Virus record (IMG/VR): IMGVR_UViG_3300024286_000011
Coordinates: 1-39,255 of that record
Length of the DNA stretch: 39,255 nt
Source: a virus
Taxonomy: Duplodnaviria; Caudoviricetes
Strand: one strand, 5' to 3'
The position numbers and the translations under genes were made by a program. Shown here in pieces: positions 28,272-36,572 of this stretch. The notes beneath the pieces were generated by a model, which made no database searches, was not told where the DNA came from, and saw only the letters and a program-made list of their open reading frames with translations. Within the stretch, counting starts at the first letter, position 1. Every line of letters begins with the position of its first letter.

Positions 28272-28508
28272 TTAGCCGTCAATCGCTGCTGAACCACCTG
28301 GGTCTTGCGTCACTACTTGTCTGGGCACAGGCGAACTTGGCGTAACTGTAATCACCAAGTCTACCTGCGAAGGGTTTGGATTTGTCGCTACGCCGGTCAC
28401 GACTGCTCCGGCAAACGAAGCTGCTACCGTTGGATTGATGTCTGCCGACAAAGTAACCGTCATCGTGCCATCGAGATTCATTCTCACATTGTCGATGTGC
28501 ATGGACAT
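28272..28508 (-). CDS. Hypothetical small beta-rich protein
   Basis: 78 aa; abuts the upstream stop. Confidence 0.65.
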   Translation of the reverse strand: MSMHIDNVRMNLDGTMTVTLSADINPTVAASFAGAVVTGVATNPNPSQVDLVITVTPSSPVPRQVVTQDPGGSAAIDG

Positions 28509-28595
28509 TTACGCCTTCAATTCTTTCACAAGTGCATCCAAAACCTTTTTTGGCGGTAAATCTTTACGCGGTCTTCCGGGTTTACGCGCCGCCAT
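28509..28595 (-). CDS. 28-aa AT-hook-like micro-protein
   Basis: MAARKPGRPRKDLPPKKVLDALVKELKA; GGAG 9 nt upstream; fits between neighbouring genes. Confidence 0.55.
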   Translation of the reverse strand: MAARKPGRPRKDLPPKKVLDALVKELKA

Positions 28596-28758
28596 TGGAT
28601 TTATCTCCGTAAAGAGGAGGAATAGTAGGAACCCAATAACGCAAATCCAAGAAATCCACGCGGTTCTCACTTTCCAATACCGCCATGATATTGGCCTCAT
28701 CCTCAAACCTGATTCCGTAAAGCTGCTCTAGCTGCAACATGTACTCAGTTTTTGCCAT
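28582..28758 (-). CDS. Hypothetical protein
   Basis: 58 aa from ATG 28758 with AAGGAG RBS. Confidence 0.65.
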   Translation of the reverse strand: MAKTEYMLQLEQLYGIRFEDEANIMAVLESENRVDFLDLRYWVPTIPPLYGDKSNGGA

Positions 28759-29005
28759 CCTGCTTCTCCTTTGGCATCGTGAATGCCGATAGCTTCTGTT
28801 TGAACTGGCTGGGCAGCATTCGGCCATGCGTCTTCGGCAAAGGCTGTACTGTTTGGGGTGTCAGTTTGGGAAGGCCCTGCTCAGTGAGGAATATCTCTTG
28901 CCACGATCTAAGCTCAGCGCGAGTTCGCTCTAGCTCCTGCTCAAGATAGCAGGTGTAACGGCTTTTTGTAATCCAGTTCCATGCCACGCGCAAGGATTCA
29001 CGCAT
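28745..29005 (-). CDS. Hypothetical coiled-coil protein
   Basis: 86 aa; probably leaderless. Confidence 0.65.
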   Translation of the reverse strand: MRESLRVAWNWITKSRYTCYLEQELERTRAELRSWQEIFLTEQGLPKLTPQTVQPLPKTHGRMLPSQFKQKLSAFTMPKEKQDGKN

Positions 29006-29012
29006 GGGAAAC

Positions 29013-29031
29013 AGTCTACCACCTTTGTCAA
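29013..29031 (-). promoter_or_regulatory. Putative extended -10 promoter (leaderless)
   Basis: TGgTAGACT ends 7 nt before ATG 29005; a TTGACA at 29031-29026 is only 7 nt from the -10, so its spacing is non-canonical. Confidence 0.4.
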
Positions 29032-29042
29032 GGGGGTATTTT

Positions 29043-30575
29043 TTACCTAGCGAATCTCCAATGTCTCCGCTTGATGGGGAACGTTACTGGCTTCTTATGT
29101 TCGCTATCCAAAACCTTCTGGTACTGATACATCAAATCCGGTGGCGCTGCCTTTATGAGCGGTTCTAGCTTCTCTCGTAACCGTTCTTCGATGGGCTTTT
29201 CTCGCGGCTTGCCAAACATAGCGTACAGCCCGTAACCACTAGACTGTAAAGCATCATCTCCCAGAAACTCCGCTATCACTTCGCGGTTCTTCTCGTCGCG
29301 TGGCGAGCCTGGTATCGTTCGAATCAGGTTCGGGCACGCATCGCTGATCTGGAGCTTGGCTACCATTACTGGTTCTGTTCTGCCTTCCGCGTCGTTGAAT
29401 ACTTCGCCCGTCTTGACTCGTCCTTTGAGGAAATCATAGAGAATCTGCTCGCGGCCAGGCTTATCCTTCGTGGACTCTGACGCTGCAATAAGTCCATTCT
29501 TTACAAGACATTGGCTGATTCTTATGCCGATTGGCTGTGTATCGTGCCGTTGCGCAAACGCATCGTGGGATAGGCTGAATAGCTCGTAGTTCTCAAGATT
29601 GCCGTTTTCATCTCGGCTCATCTTGACTATCCTCTCGGCTAGTTCTTCTGGCGTATGGTGATTGCAGACCAGCTCCCGGTAGATGCGCACAATCCCTAAA
29701 TCATCCATGCAAAACCAATGAATGACCGAATTGTGCTCAAATCCCCAGTCTCCGCCTAACCAACGCTTGTGCCAGCGCTCAAACTTAACCGATTCAGCAG
29801 GATAGACGTTATATGCTTCGTCCCATGCGCCATCGAAATAACCTCCAGCAACACCCCAAATTCCATGTTTCAAAGCGTCTGAAACCGCTTTCTGGTAGCT
29901 GTCGAGATTCTCGATGTATTTTGCGTCGGTTGCATAGATCGGATTGTCGAGGTAGGTTGCCGGAAAATAGCCGTAATCGGCTGGATTGTATCGGGCCTTC
30001 TGATTCGCATCCATTTCCGCGCAAGGCTCTTTCTTTACAAAGACATCCTCGACCCAACGCGCTCCAACGCCAATCGGATTTGTCGCTCCGTCTTTCGTTG
30101 CTTTTTGACTGACCGGACAACGATTCCAAGCAGAAATGTTCTGCCACTGGCCGAAAGTGAATTCCGTCAGCTCATCATAAGCGATCTTGTAGAATTGCCC
30201 TTGCCAGCCCCAAACGTCGTGCTCGTATTGCATTGAGCCGAATTGAGTTGTGGCTCCGTTGTGCCAAGTCACAATCCCTTTTTGCTCGTTGAAGTCTCGA
30301 TAAAGTTCAGATGGAATCTTCTCTCTGAATCTGGTGATGACCGTTGAAAGAAGTTTCGGATGCGTTCGCCTGAGAATCAGCGTGTGGACTTCTGGCGCTG
30401 TCTCTCGCGGAAACTGATTGCAGGCAAACATGTGGTCTTCGATGAGAGCTAGTGTTTTGCCCGGTCCTGCTGCTCCGCCTAAGAGCCTGAATTTGCACGT
30501 AGATTCGTGGAACGCTTTCTGATGAGGGTATGCATGGTATTCGTAGCGCTGGATGCCGTTTTCTGTTTGAATCAC
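29043..30575 (-). CDS. terL: Terminase large subunit
   Basis: Walker A GGAAGPGKT, Walker B IAYDELT, ATNP coupling motif, ATYLDNP, nuclease GGDWGF. Confidence 0.95.
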   Translation of the reverse strand: MIQTENGIQRYEYHAYPHQKAFHESTCKFRLLGGAAGPGKTLALIEDHMFACNQFPRETAPEVHTLILRRTHPKLLSTVITRFREKIPSELYRDFNEQKGIVTWHNGATTQFGSMQYEHDVWGWQGQFYKIAYDELTEFTFGQWQNISAWNRCPVSQKATKDGATNPIGVGARWVEDVFVKKEPCAEMDANQKARYNPADYGYFPATYLDNPIYATDAKYIENLDSYQKAVSDALKHGIWGVAGGYFDGAWDEAYNVYPAESVKFERWHKRWLGGDWGFEHNSVIHWFCMDDLGIVRIYRELVCNHHTPEELAERIVKMSRDENGNLENYELFSLSHDAFAQRHDTQPIGIRISQCLVKNGLIAASESTKDKPGREQILYDFLKGRVKTGEVFNDAEGRTEPVMVAKLQISDACPNLIRTIPGSPRDEKNREVIAEFLGDDALQSSGYGLYAMFGKPREKPIEERLREKLEPLIKAAPPDLMYQYQKVLDSEHKKPVTFPIKRRHWRFAR

Positions 30576-30874
30576 GGTTGAGGAAAGCTCGCGTTTGTAA
30601 TGACTTGCACAGCGATTGGACCGCCGTCTTTGCCTGTATGCTCTGTAGTTTGTTTAGGCCTGCCATATTTCATTTCGAGCATTCGCAAGAGGGCTGTGAG
30701 GGAAAGCGCAGCGTTTTTACCGTCGCGCGTAAGATGCCTGCAAGTGAGATTGATGAAGCTGTCGTTCCATTGGCCTTTAGCTAAAGTTCTTTCGACTTGC
30801 CGTACGAAGCACTCAGCAGACTCGGCCTTGTTCTGCCCTTTCACTCTACCGCCAGTTTTGTGCCCTTTTGCCAT
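30572..30874 (-). CDS. terS: Terminase small subunit
   Basis: KTGGRVKG N-terminus and YGRPKQTTEHTGKDGGPI C-terminus; GTGA-coupled to terL. Confidence 0.8.
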   Translation of the reverse strand: MAKGHKTGGRVKGQNKAESAECFVRQVERTLAKGQWNDSFINLTCRHLTRDGKNAALSLTALLRMLEMKYGRPKQTTEHTGKDGGPIAVQVITNASFPQP

Positions 30875-30885
30875 CTAACTCTGTC

Positions 30886-30914
30886 TATTTACTCTCTATT
30901 TTTGCGCTTGTCAA
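30886..30914 (-). promoter_or_regulatory. Putative sigma70-like promoter for the packaging genes
   Basis: TTGACA-17 nt-TAAATA. Confidence 0.45.
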
Positions 30915-30918
30915 CGTT

Positions 30919-31098
30919 CTAGTACTGCTTCTGCTTTCTGTGCCGTGGCCATAAAAGCCACGCGATCATAAGCGAAGTCGCTGCCATGCCCCATAAAGCT
31001 AGAACGAGAAGTGTGCCGCCGCGCGAAGCTGATGCGATCTGATAGCTGAAAGCCAAAGCGCATAGAGCCAATATAATCATGGAGATGGAGGCTTTCAT
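30919..31098 (-). CDS. Two-TM small membrane protein (holin-like)
   Basis: Hand translation MKASISMIILALCALAFSYQIASASRGGTLLVLALWGMAATSLMIAWLLWPRHRKQKQY (59 aa); ATGA coupling. Confidence 0.6.
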   Translation of the reverse strand: MKASISMIILALCALAFSYQIASASRGGTLLVLALWGMAATSLMIAWLLWPRHRKQKQY

Positions 31099-31334
31099 TG
31101 CTTTGGGCAGACCGCATCATTTGCGTCTGCTGTGATGCAGGATTTGAGTCTTTGCGTATCGAAGTAGACTGGCCCATCGTCGTAGACCAATACGTAGCCA
31201 CCTGAGTTTAGCTCATAAACTGAATTGGGATAAGGGCTTGCGCACCTGATAGTCCTTTGTCCGGCCTTGTAGCCCGCCCATACAAGGCAAATCATTAGAA
31301 CAAATCCTAGCGTCCAAATGATCTTATTTCTCAT
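31095..31334 (-). CDS. Small protein with N-terminal TM/signal anchor
   Basis: 79 aa; MRNKIIWTLGFVLMICLVWAGY; several Cys. Confidence 0.7.
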   Translation of the reverse strand: MRNKIIWTLGFVLMICLVWAGYKAGQRTIRCASPYPNSVYELNSGGYVLVYDDGPVYFDTQRLKSCITADANDAVCPKQ

Positions 31335-31753
31335 CTCTTGCGCCGCTTGGGTTTCTGTTTGTGCTGGAGTTGCTGCTCAATTGCGCTTAATCTTTGGTTC
31401 ACCACTGCGAACATATTTGCCATCTCTGTGTGCGAAGCTATGACATGCGCTCGGCCAAGAATATCACTTCCTTGCTTCTCCAATGCGCTTAGGCGCTCCG
31501 CAATTGCTTTCAGTTGCTGATTGATTTCTTTGTCGAATACTACATGCCAGTTGATTGTTCCTTGCTGTTGTAGCCCTTCAAAACCCAGCCGAATCTGTTC
31601 GCTGATGGCCTCTAAAAGTCCGTTCCTGCTCACAATTGCGGCTCGAAGTGCGTCTATTTGCGCTTGTAGGCCGTCCCGCTGCACATCTGGATGCGAATTC
31701 CCTGCTTTTGCGTAAGCCGCTCCAACATCTTTTGCTGTCAGCATCTCGCTCAT
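31331..31753 (-). CDS. Hypothetical coiled-coil protein
   Basis: 140 aa; repeated RLSA(L/I)E; ATGA coupling. Confidence 0.7.
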   Translation of the reverse strand: MSEMLTAKDVGAAYAKAGNSHPDVQRDGLQAQIDALRAAIVSRNGLLEAISEQIRLGFEGLQQQGTINWHVVFDKEINQQLKAIAERLSALEKQGSDILGRAHVIASHTEMANMFAVVNQRLSAIEQQLQHKQKPKRRKR

Positions 31754-32139
31754 CCTTCGCGCCCTTTCTGCCCCAATAAATGCTCTGCTATGAATGACTT
31801 AGCCCTGCCTCGAAGCACATCAGTCGTGCTGAATCTGAATACGCGAAATCCCATCGCGGTTGCCTGATTGTACTTGTCAAGGTCTGCTTGATACCCAACG
31901 CCACGTGTATGCCGACCGCGAGTGTAAATAGCTCCTTCTATTTCAAATGCCCGATACATCAAACATTTTTGATTGTCGGCGTTCAGCACATAATCTACAT
32001 AATCGAACCGCCAGCGCCGCTCAGGGTCAAAGCGCCATTCCTTGATAAGCAGCAATCCAAGCTCTGCCGCGTGCTTCTCAAAGAGCAAGTGTGCCACATT
32101 CGGCTTGCTCTTCCTGCCGCCTGCCGCTCGTTTGCTCAT
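31750..32139 (-). CDS. DUF559/Vsr-like PD-(D/E)XK endonuclease
   Basis: EWRFDPERRWRFDY...FEIEG...GRHTRGVGYQADLDKYN...GFRVFRF; start set by the ATGA overlap. Confidence 0.8.
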   Translation of the reverse strand: MSKRAAGGRKSKPNVAHLLFEKHAAELGLLLIKEWRFDPERRWRFDYVDYVLNADNQKCLMYRAFEIEGAIYTRGRHTRGVGYQADLDKYNQATAMGFRVFRFSTTDVLRGRAKSFIAEHLLGQKGREG

Positions 32140-32522
32140 GCCGCCCAACTTCTCGCCCATTCCATCATTGAGCGATAGAGTTTGGTCATTGGTACGCTTT
32201 GGTACGGTTTACGCTCTGGAAGAAACTTGCGATGATATAGAAATAAATTGGCGTGCGCCCCGCTGACAATAATGAATCTTCGGACAGCATCGCAATCTCT
32301 GAATAATTCGCTGCGTTTTTTGGCTCTAAATGCCTGCAAGCGGTAATGAATATCTATTTCCCAGTTCTTCCCGATAGGTCGGTAACATGGCAACAATCCG
32401 AGCGGCTTAAGGTTCTGTACTTTCATTCTGGCGAATGGTCTTGCCGATGCCCCTATTTTGATTAACGGCTTAGTGGAGTGCTCACCGAAATAGGTGAATC
32501 TCCACGGGAAAGTGCGTCTCAT
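32136..32522 (-). CDS. GIY-YIG-like (T5orf172/MUG113-type) protein
   Basis: FTYF...LIKIGAS.RPFARM...EIDIHYRL...ELF. Confidence 0.65.
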   Translation of the reverse strand: MRRTFPWRFTYFGEHSTKPLIKIGASARPFARMKVQNLKPLGLLPCYRPIGKNWEIDIHYRLQAFRAKKRSELFRDCDAVRRFIIVSGAHANLFLYHRKFLPERKPYQSVPMTKLYRSMMEWARSWAA

Positions 32523-32683
32523 GCCACTGCCTCTTTCTCATAGTGAGATTCCAGAATGAGGCGAATCTTGCCGGACAGCTCGCGTCCCTCTCGAAAGGCA
32601 TCGTCGCGCAGTTTCTTGCCTAGCTTTTCAGGCACCCTGACGTATAGTACTGCCGTCTTTTCTTTATTTGGTCTTCCAGCCAT
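32519..32683 (-). CDS. Arc/MetJ-like ribbon-helix-helix regulator
   Basis: Hand translation MAGRPNKEKTAVLYVRVPEKLGKKLRDDAFREGRELSGKIRLILESHYEKEAVA (54 aa); first gene of the left arm; ATGA-coupled to the next gene. Confidence 0.8.
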   Translation of the reverse strand: MAGRPNKEKTAVLYVRVPEKLGKKLRDDAFREGRELSGKIRLILESHYEKEAVA

Positions 32684-32689
32684 GCAATA

Positions 32690-32718
32690 CCTATACGCCG
32701 AGCGGGAATCTTTGTCAA
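32690..32718 (-). promoter_or_regulatory. Leftward sigma70-like promoter (leaderless)
   Basis: TTGACA-17 nt-TATAGG-6 nt-ATG. Confidence 0.6.
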
Positions 32719-32752
32719 GAGAAATTATTTTTATCCATCATGTCGATTTCGC

Positions 32753-32782
32753 TTGACAAGTATTCCAGTCTTTTGCTCTAAT
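32753..32782 (+). promoter_or_regulatory. Rightward sigma70-like early promoter
   Basis: TTGACA-18 nt-TCTAAT with a TG extension; GGGAG RBS follows. Confidence 0.55.
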
Positions 32783-32806
32783 GGGCTTGCAAGGGAGAAA
32801 CGCCAA

Positions 32807-33256
32807 ATGCAAACAGCACATCATGCTTCAGAAGATTTGAAAGTCTCAGCCTGCGCCGGAACCAAATACCAAGTAATCGACAACCAGACCGGATATGTTG
32901 TGGGCACCTATTCTAGCCGCAAGCTGGCGAGCCGCAAAGCCGACAAGCTAGATCTACAGTACGGCGCAATCCGCTACGGCGTGAAGGCGATAAATGCTTA
33001 CCGTAGACCAAGTACCGTGGACCAGGAGACCGCAATGGACTTAAGAACTAGCTGCATCTGCCCGCCAATCCCAACGCGGGATTTTGACTGGTCTGCTTAC
33101 GATTACAACACGCTAGACGGCGATTGGGATGGAGAGAAGTATATCTGCCCAAAGAATCATTTCGTTGGTTATGGCCAGACAGAGGAAGAAGCAATCATCG
33201 CGTGGGTCAGGATTCTGTTGGACAATGCCGACATTACGATTACTGAGATTTGGTAG
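32807..33256 (+). CDS. Hypothetical early protein, apparent two-module fusion
   Basis: ATG 32807 with GGGAG; internal in-frame AGGAG-ATG at 33035. Confidence 0.7.
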   Translation: MQTAHHASEDLKVSACAGTKYQVIDNQTGYVVGTYSSRKLASRKADKLDLQYGAIRYGVKAINAYRRPSTVDQETAMDLRTSCICPPIPTRDFDWSAYDYNTLDGDWDGEKYICPKNHFVGYGQTEEEAIIAWVRILLDNADITITEIW

Positions 33257-33296
33257 CAGCTAGTCAGGGCCAGCAGAAGGGGTACGGAGAGAGAAA

Positions 33297-33491
33297 ATGA
33301 CGCTACAAGACCTAGAACTTACTGAACAAGCCGCTTGGAAACGCTACCAGGAAGCGCAAGCCGAGGCTGATAGGCTGAATGCCGAATGGAGCGTAGCGTT
33401 TTCTGCTTACCGCGAAGAGTTCAATGCTACGCCGATCTCGGCTTGTGATTGGCTTAGGCGTGAAGGCGTGGACATGTGGAGGCCGGTATGA
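33297..33491 (+). CDS. Hypothetical early protein
   Basis: 64 aa, helical; GGAG RBS. Confidence 0.7.
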   Translation: MTLQDLELTEQAAWKRYQEAQAEADRLNAEWSVAFSAYREEFNATPISACDWLRREGVDMWRPV

Positions 33492-33694
33492 GACGCGAAT
33501 CGGATGATGGATACGTTTGTGCCGCTTGTGGCGAGACCGTGATTGACGATCAATGCCTTTGCGAGAGCGAGCCTCTGAGCGAAGAGGATTGGTCAGATTT
33601 AGACGATGAGGCAAGAGCAGTTTATGAAGTTTATGCAGAAGAAATACGGAGAGAAAGCGAAATCGCTGCCGCTGAGAACTTGGAGGAGAAATGA
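33488..33694 (+). CDS. Small acidic Cys-containing early protein
   Basis: 68 aa; CAAC...CLC; about one third Asp/Glu; ATGA coupling. Confidence 0.65.
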   Translation: MRRESDDGYVCAACGETVIDDQCLCESEPLSEEDWSDLDDEARAVYEVYAEEIRRESEIAAAENLEEK

Positions 33695-34140
33695 GCGAAC
33701 AAATAGAACGTGCGTTTGCTATTGAAGGTGAAGTTGTAGGGAATGAACAGCCGAAGATGACAGAGCATCAACGGTTTGCCCATGATTTGCGGGAAATGGC
33801 AAGTTTTGTGGAGGCACACCCGGAACTGATTTGCCCTATGAAGCAAACGTTCTACGTGTTTCCCGCAATCGAAGAAGTGGCCAAATACGCTAAGTCTCTG
33901 GGCAAGGCAAAGAAAGAAGTTCAAGAGGATAGCTGGTTTAACCTCGTAAAAGATTTTGCTACTGCCGCAGAAATTCAATATTCGTGGGGCCGTGACCAGG
34001 TTTGCGAAAAGGTTGTCATTGGCACCGTGGAAGTTGAAGAGCCTGTCATGGTGCAACAGGGTACGCGCACGGTACAGAAACAGCAAATCGAATGGCGTTG
34101 CCCGCGAATCCTTAAACCGGAATTGGAGGCAGGGGCATGA
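33691..34140 (+). CDS. Hypothetical protein
   Basis: 149 aa; GGAGG RBS. Confidence 0.75.
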   Translation: MSEQIERAFAIEGEVVGNEQPKMTEHQRFAHDLREMASFVEAHPELICPMKQTFYVFPAIEEVAKYAKSLGKAKKEVQEDSWFNLVKDFATAAEIQYSWGRDQVCEKVVIGTVEVEEPVMVQQGTRTVQKQQIEWRCPRILKPELEAGA

Positions 34141-34979
34141 GCAGCGACCAGCCAGCAGCAACGCCAGAGCAGCCCAAACACCGCTTTTCAAACACAAAGA
34201 AAATCAGAGAGGAAATCATGGAACTTGCCACACGCGAAGTGAAGGAAATCGAAACGGGCTTAGCTTTGCTGCGAACACGGGCCAAGTCAATCATCGTACG
34301 GGATGCAGATTCCTATGCCGCTGCCTGTCAGATTGCCTTGGATGGACGCGCCTACATCAAGAAAGTTGGCTTTGAATTAGACCCCGGAATTCAGTCCGCC
34401 AAAGACCACATGGACCTGCTGAGGAACCAAAAAGCTAAGTTTGTTGACCCGGCCAAGCAAATCGTGGAAGTCGCTGCCCAGAAAGCCGAAGCATGGAAGG
34501 CAGAAGAGCGCCGCAAAGCCGAAGCTGAACAGGAACGAGTCAACGCCGAACGCCGCCGCGAGGCTGCACGGCTGGCTGATGAAGAGCGCCGCAAGGCTGA
34601 TGCCGCTGCCGCCGAACAAAAGAAGATTCGGGATGCCCAAATCGAAGAGGCCCGCAAAGCCGGAGAGATTGGGAAGCGCGAGGCTGCACGGCTGGCAAAG
34701 CAGGCCGAAGAGGATAAACTCGCTGCCCAAGAGCTTGCCCGTAAACAGGCGTTGGAGGCTGCTTCTAGCGTGCAGGAGGTGAAAATAGCCCCATCTGTGC
34801 CCAAAGTCGCCGGAATTAAGGCGCGTGTAAATTGGAAGTTCCGCATCGTAGATGCTTCCAAACTTCCCCGCCAGTTCCTTATGCCGGATGAGGTCGCTAT
34901 CGGCCAGCATGTCCGCTCAGTGAAGCAGGCTGGCGAGGTTATTCCCGGCGTGGAGGCTTACAGTGAAGACGGCATCTAA
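34137..34979 (+). CDS. Coiled-coil protein of the recombination module
   Basis: 280 aa; A/E/K/R-rich coiled coil; C-terminal WKFRIVD...PDEVAI...IPGV; adjacent to the recombinase. Confidence 0.75.
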   Translation: MSSDQPAATPEQPKHRFSNTKKIREEIMELATREVKEIETGLALLRTRAKSIIVRDADSYAAACQIALDGRAYIKKVGFELDPGIQSAKDHMDLLRNQKAKFVDPAKQIVEVAAQKAEAWKAEERRKAEAEQERVNAERRREAARLADEERRKADAAAAEQKKIRDAQIEEARKAGEIGKREAARLAKQAEEDKLAAQELARKQALEAASSVQEVKIAPSVPKVAGIKARVNWKFRIVDASKLPRQFLMPDEVAIGQHVRSVKQAGEVIPGVEAYSEDGI

Positions 34980-35754
34980 ATCCCTCGCGATTGCCAAACC
35001 TCGCAGGCTCCAAAAGAACGAAGTCGAGCTTCTTAAGCGCACGGTCGCTAAGGGTGTGACCGATGATGAGTTTGCCCTATTTCTCTGGGTATGCAAGAAG
35101 CACAAGTTAGACCCGATGTGCCGACAGGTTCACGCCGTGCGCCGCTACGTCCAGAAGCACCATCAAGACGAAAAGGGCATTTGGGTGGCTGGTTATCAAA
35201 TGGTGATACAGATTGGAATAGACGGATATAGGGCGCTTGCAGGCCGTGACCACGGTGATTTTGGCGGATGCGACGAGCCGGAGTTTGTCTTTGATACCGA
35301 CAAGAGAATCCCGGTACTAGCCCGTATTCGCCTTTGGAAGAAGGGATTGGAACACCCAATAGTCGGCGTAGCGTACTGGGATGAATATGCCCCGCGTGAC
35401 CTGACCAAGGCCGAAGCCTTTATGTGGAACAAAATGCCTAAACACATGCTGGCCAAGTGCGCCGAGGCCCTCGCTTTGCGCAAGGGATACCCTGAGTTGG
35501 CCGATATTTACACCAACGAGGAAATGTCCCAGACGATGGACGAATACGCGCCTAGCGGGCGGCAAATCGTTTCTGAGGCCACTCCACAAGCAGCCATTGA
35601 CGCCGAAGTGGAGCGCCAGAAGAAAGAACACGTCGAGAACGCTAAGGCTATCGAAACGAAGGCCAAAAAGGCCAAGCATGCGAAACCCGTTGAGCCAGCT
35701 ACGGTTCAAGCCGACATCTGGCCCAAACGGCAGGAAGGACCCTCGGTGCCCTAA
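34963..35754 (+). CDS. bet: Single-strand annealing recombinase, Bet/RecT family
   Basis: EFALFL..C...LDP..RQVH, IGIDGYR, WNKMPKHMLAKCAEALALRKGYP, IYTNEEM. Confidence 0.9.
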   Translation: MKTASKSLAIAKPRRLQKNEVELLKRTVAKGVTDDEFALFLWVCKKHKLDPMCRQVHAVRRYVQKHHQDEKGIWVAGYQMVIQIGIDGYRALAGRDHGDFGGCDEPEFVFDTDKRIPVLARIRLWKKGLEHPIVGVAYWDEYAPRDLTKAEAFMWNKMPKHMLAKCAEALALRKGYPELADIYTNEEMSQTMDEYAPSGRQIVSEATPQAAIDAEVERQKKEHVENAKAIETKAKKAKHAKPVEPATVQADIWPKRQEGPSVP

Positions 35755-36077
35755 TGGAGAAAGTCAAGGACGTTTTCGAGCACTGCAAGTGGCTTATCGA
35801 GAAGGGCCGAGGCGAGGAACCGGGCAAACTTTTCATGCCCCGCGTAGAAAGTCAGAAGCGCAAGGAAAATAAGGAAGGCTATAAGCGGATAATCTTCCAA
35901 GTGGATGAACAGCTTTATCGCGACTGGCACGAGCAGAAAGACCGTTTTATCACGCTTTGCGGAGGCAATCCGCCTTTGGCTTACGGAGTCATACTAAGAA
36001 TCCTTGCAGCAATCAGCAACGAAGCCATCGAAGGGCTGTACCGCGACGAACAGCAGGAGGACCACAATGAGCAATAA
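35754..36077 (+). CDS. Hypothetical protein (possible RHH-like segment)
   Basis: 107 aa; KRIIFQVDEQLYRDW; TAATG coupling. Confidence 0.65.
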   Translation: MEKVKDVFEHCKWLIEKGRGEEPGKLFMPRVESQKRKENKEGYKRIIFQVDEQLYRDWHEQKDRFITLCGGNPPLAYGVILRILAAISNEAIEGLYRDEQQEDHNEQ

Positions 36078-36258
36078 GACTTCGCATCTTCGCCTATTGG
36101 AACTGCTCAAAGACCATCGCTGGCACAAAATCTACGCTTGCGTGGCTGCTATGAAATCCTACCGCCTATCGAGCGCGATCTACCGACTGAGGGCTTTAGG
36201 CTTCCGCTTTGAGTGGAAGCCAGACAAGCCCCGCGGCACGAAATGGCGGATGCTTTAA
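36067..36258 (+). CDS. Small winged-HTH protein
   Basis: RLLELLKD...RLSSAIYRLRALGF; AGGAGG RBS. Confidence 0.7.
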   Translation: MSNKTSHLRLLELLKDHRWHKIYACVAAMKSYRLSSAIYRLRALGFRFEWKPDKPRGTKWRML

Positions 36259-36572
36259 TGCTTCATAATAGGCCAGACCCAGAACGGACAAAAGCCGCGA
36301 ACTTCCACAATAAGCGGTCTTACATCAGCTTTGCCGGTCACACCTACCTTCGAGGCGAGCAAGATCACGGCATGATGCGGCTCGCTATTTACGAACGAGC
36401 AAAGGGAATGTGCCAGACCTGTCCTGTTCCCCATTTCGTTGACTGGAATTCCGGGCATTGGTCGCACACGCAGAAAACTCTTGGCGGGAAGCGTTGCGAT
36501 GGTCTTTGTTGCGGAGAATGGAGTTGCAAGGCAGGGCATAAGAAATACCGGCATAACGGGAGGGATTTTTGA
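36258..36572 (+). CDS. HNH-like Zn-binding protein
   Basis: RLAIYERAKGMCQTC...HWSH...GG..CD...CKAGH; TAATG coupling. Confidence 0.55.
   Translation: MLHNRPDPERTKAANFHNKRSYISFAGHTYLRGEQDHGMMRLAIYERAKGMCQTCPVPHFVDWNSGHWSHTQKTLGGKRCDGLCCGEWSCKAGHKKYRHNGRDF

Noticed and set aside
28596-28706. TM-like extension of the 28509 ORF
   Set aside because: It lies within the RBS-supported 28582-28758 gene, and the shorter start has its own RBS; not fully excluded
30911-31201. 96-aa ORF from the track
   Set aside because: Superseded by the coupled 31095-31334 and 30919-31098 genes
34557-34696. Exact 20-nt direct repeat CGCGAGGCTGCACGGCTGGC, 120 nt apart
   Set aside because: In-frame duplication within a coiled coil (REAARLA), not CRISPR or an att site
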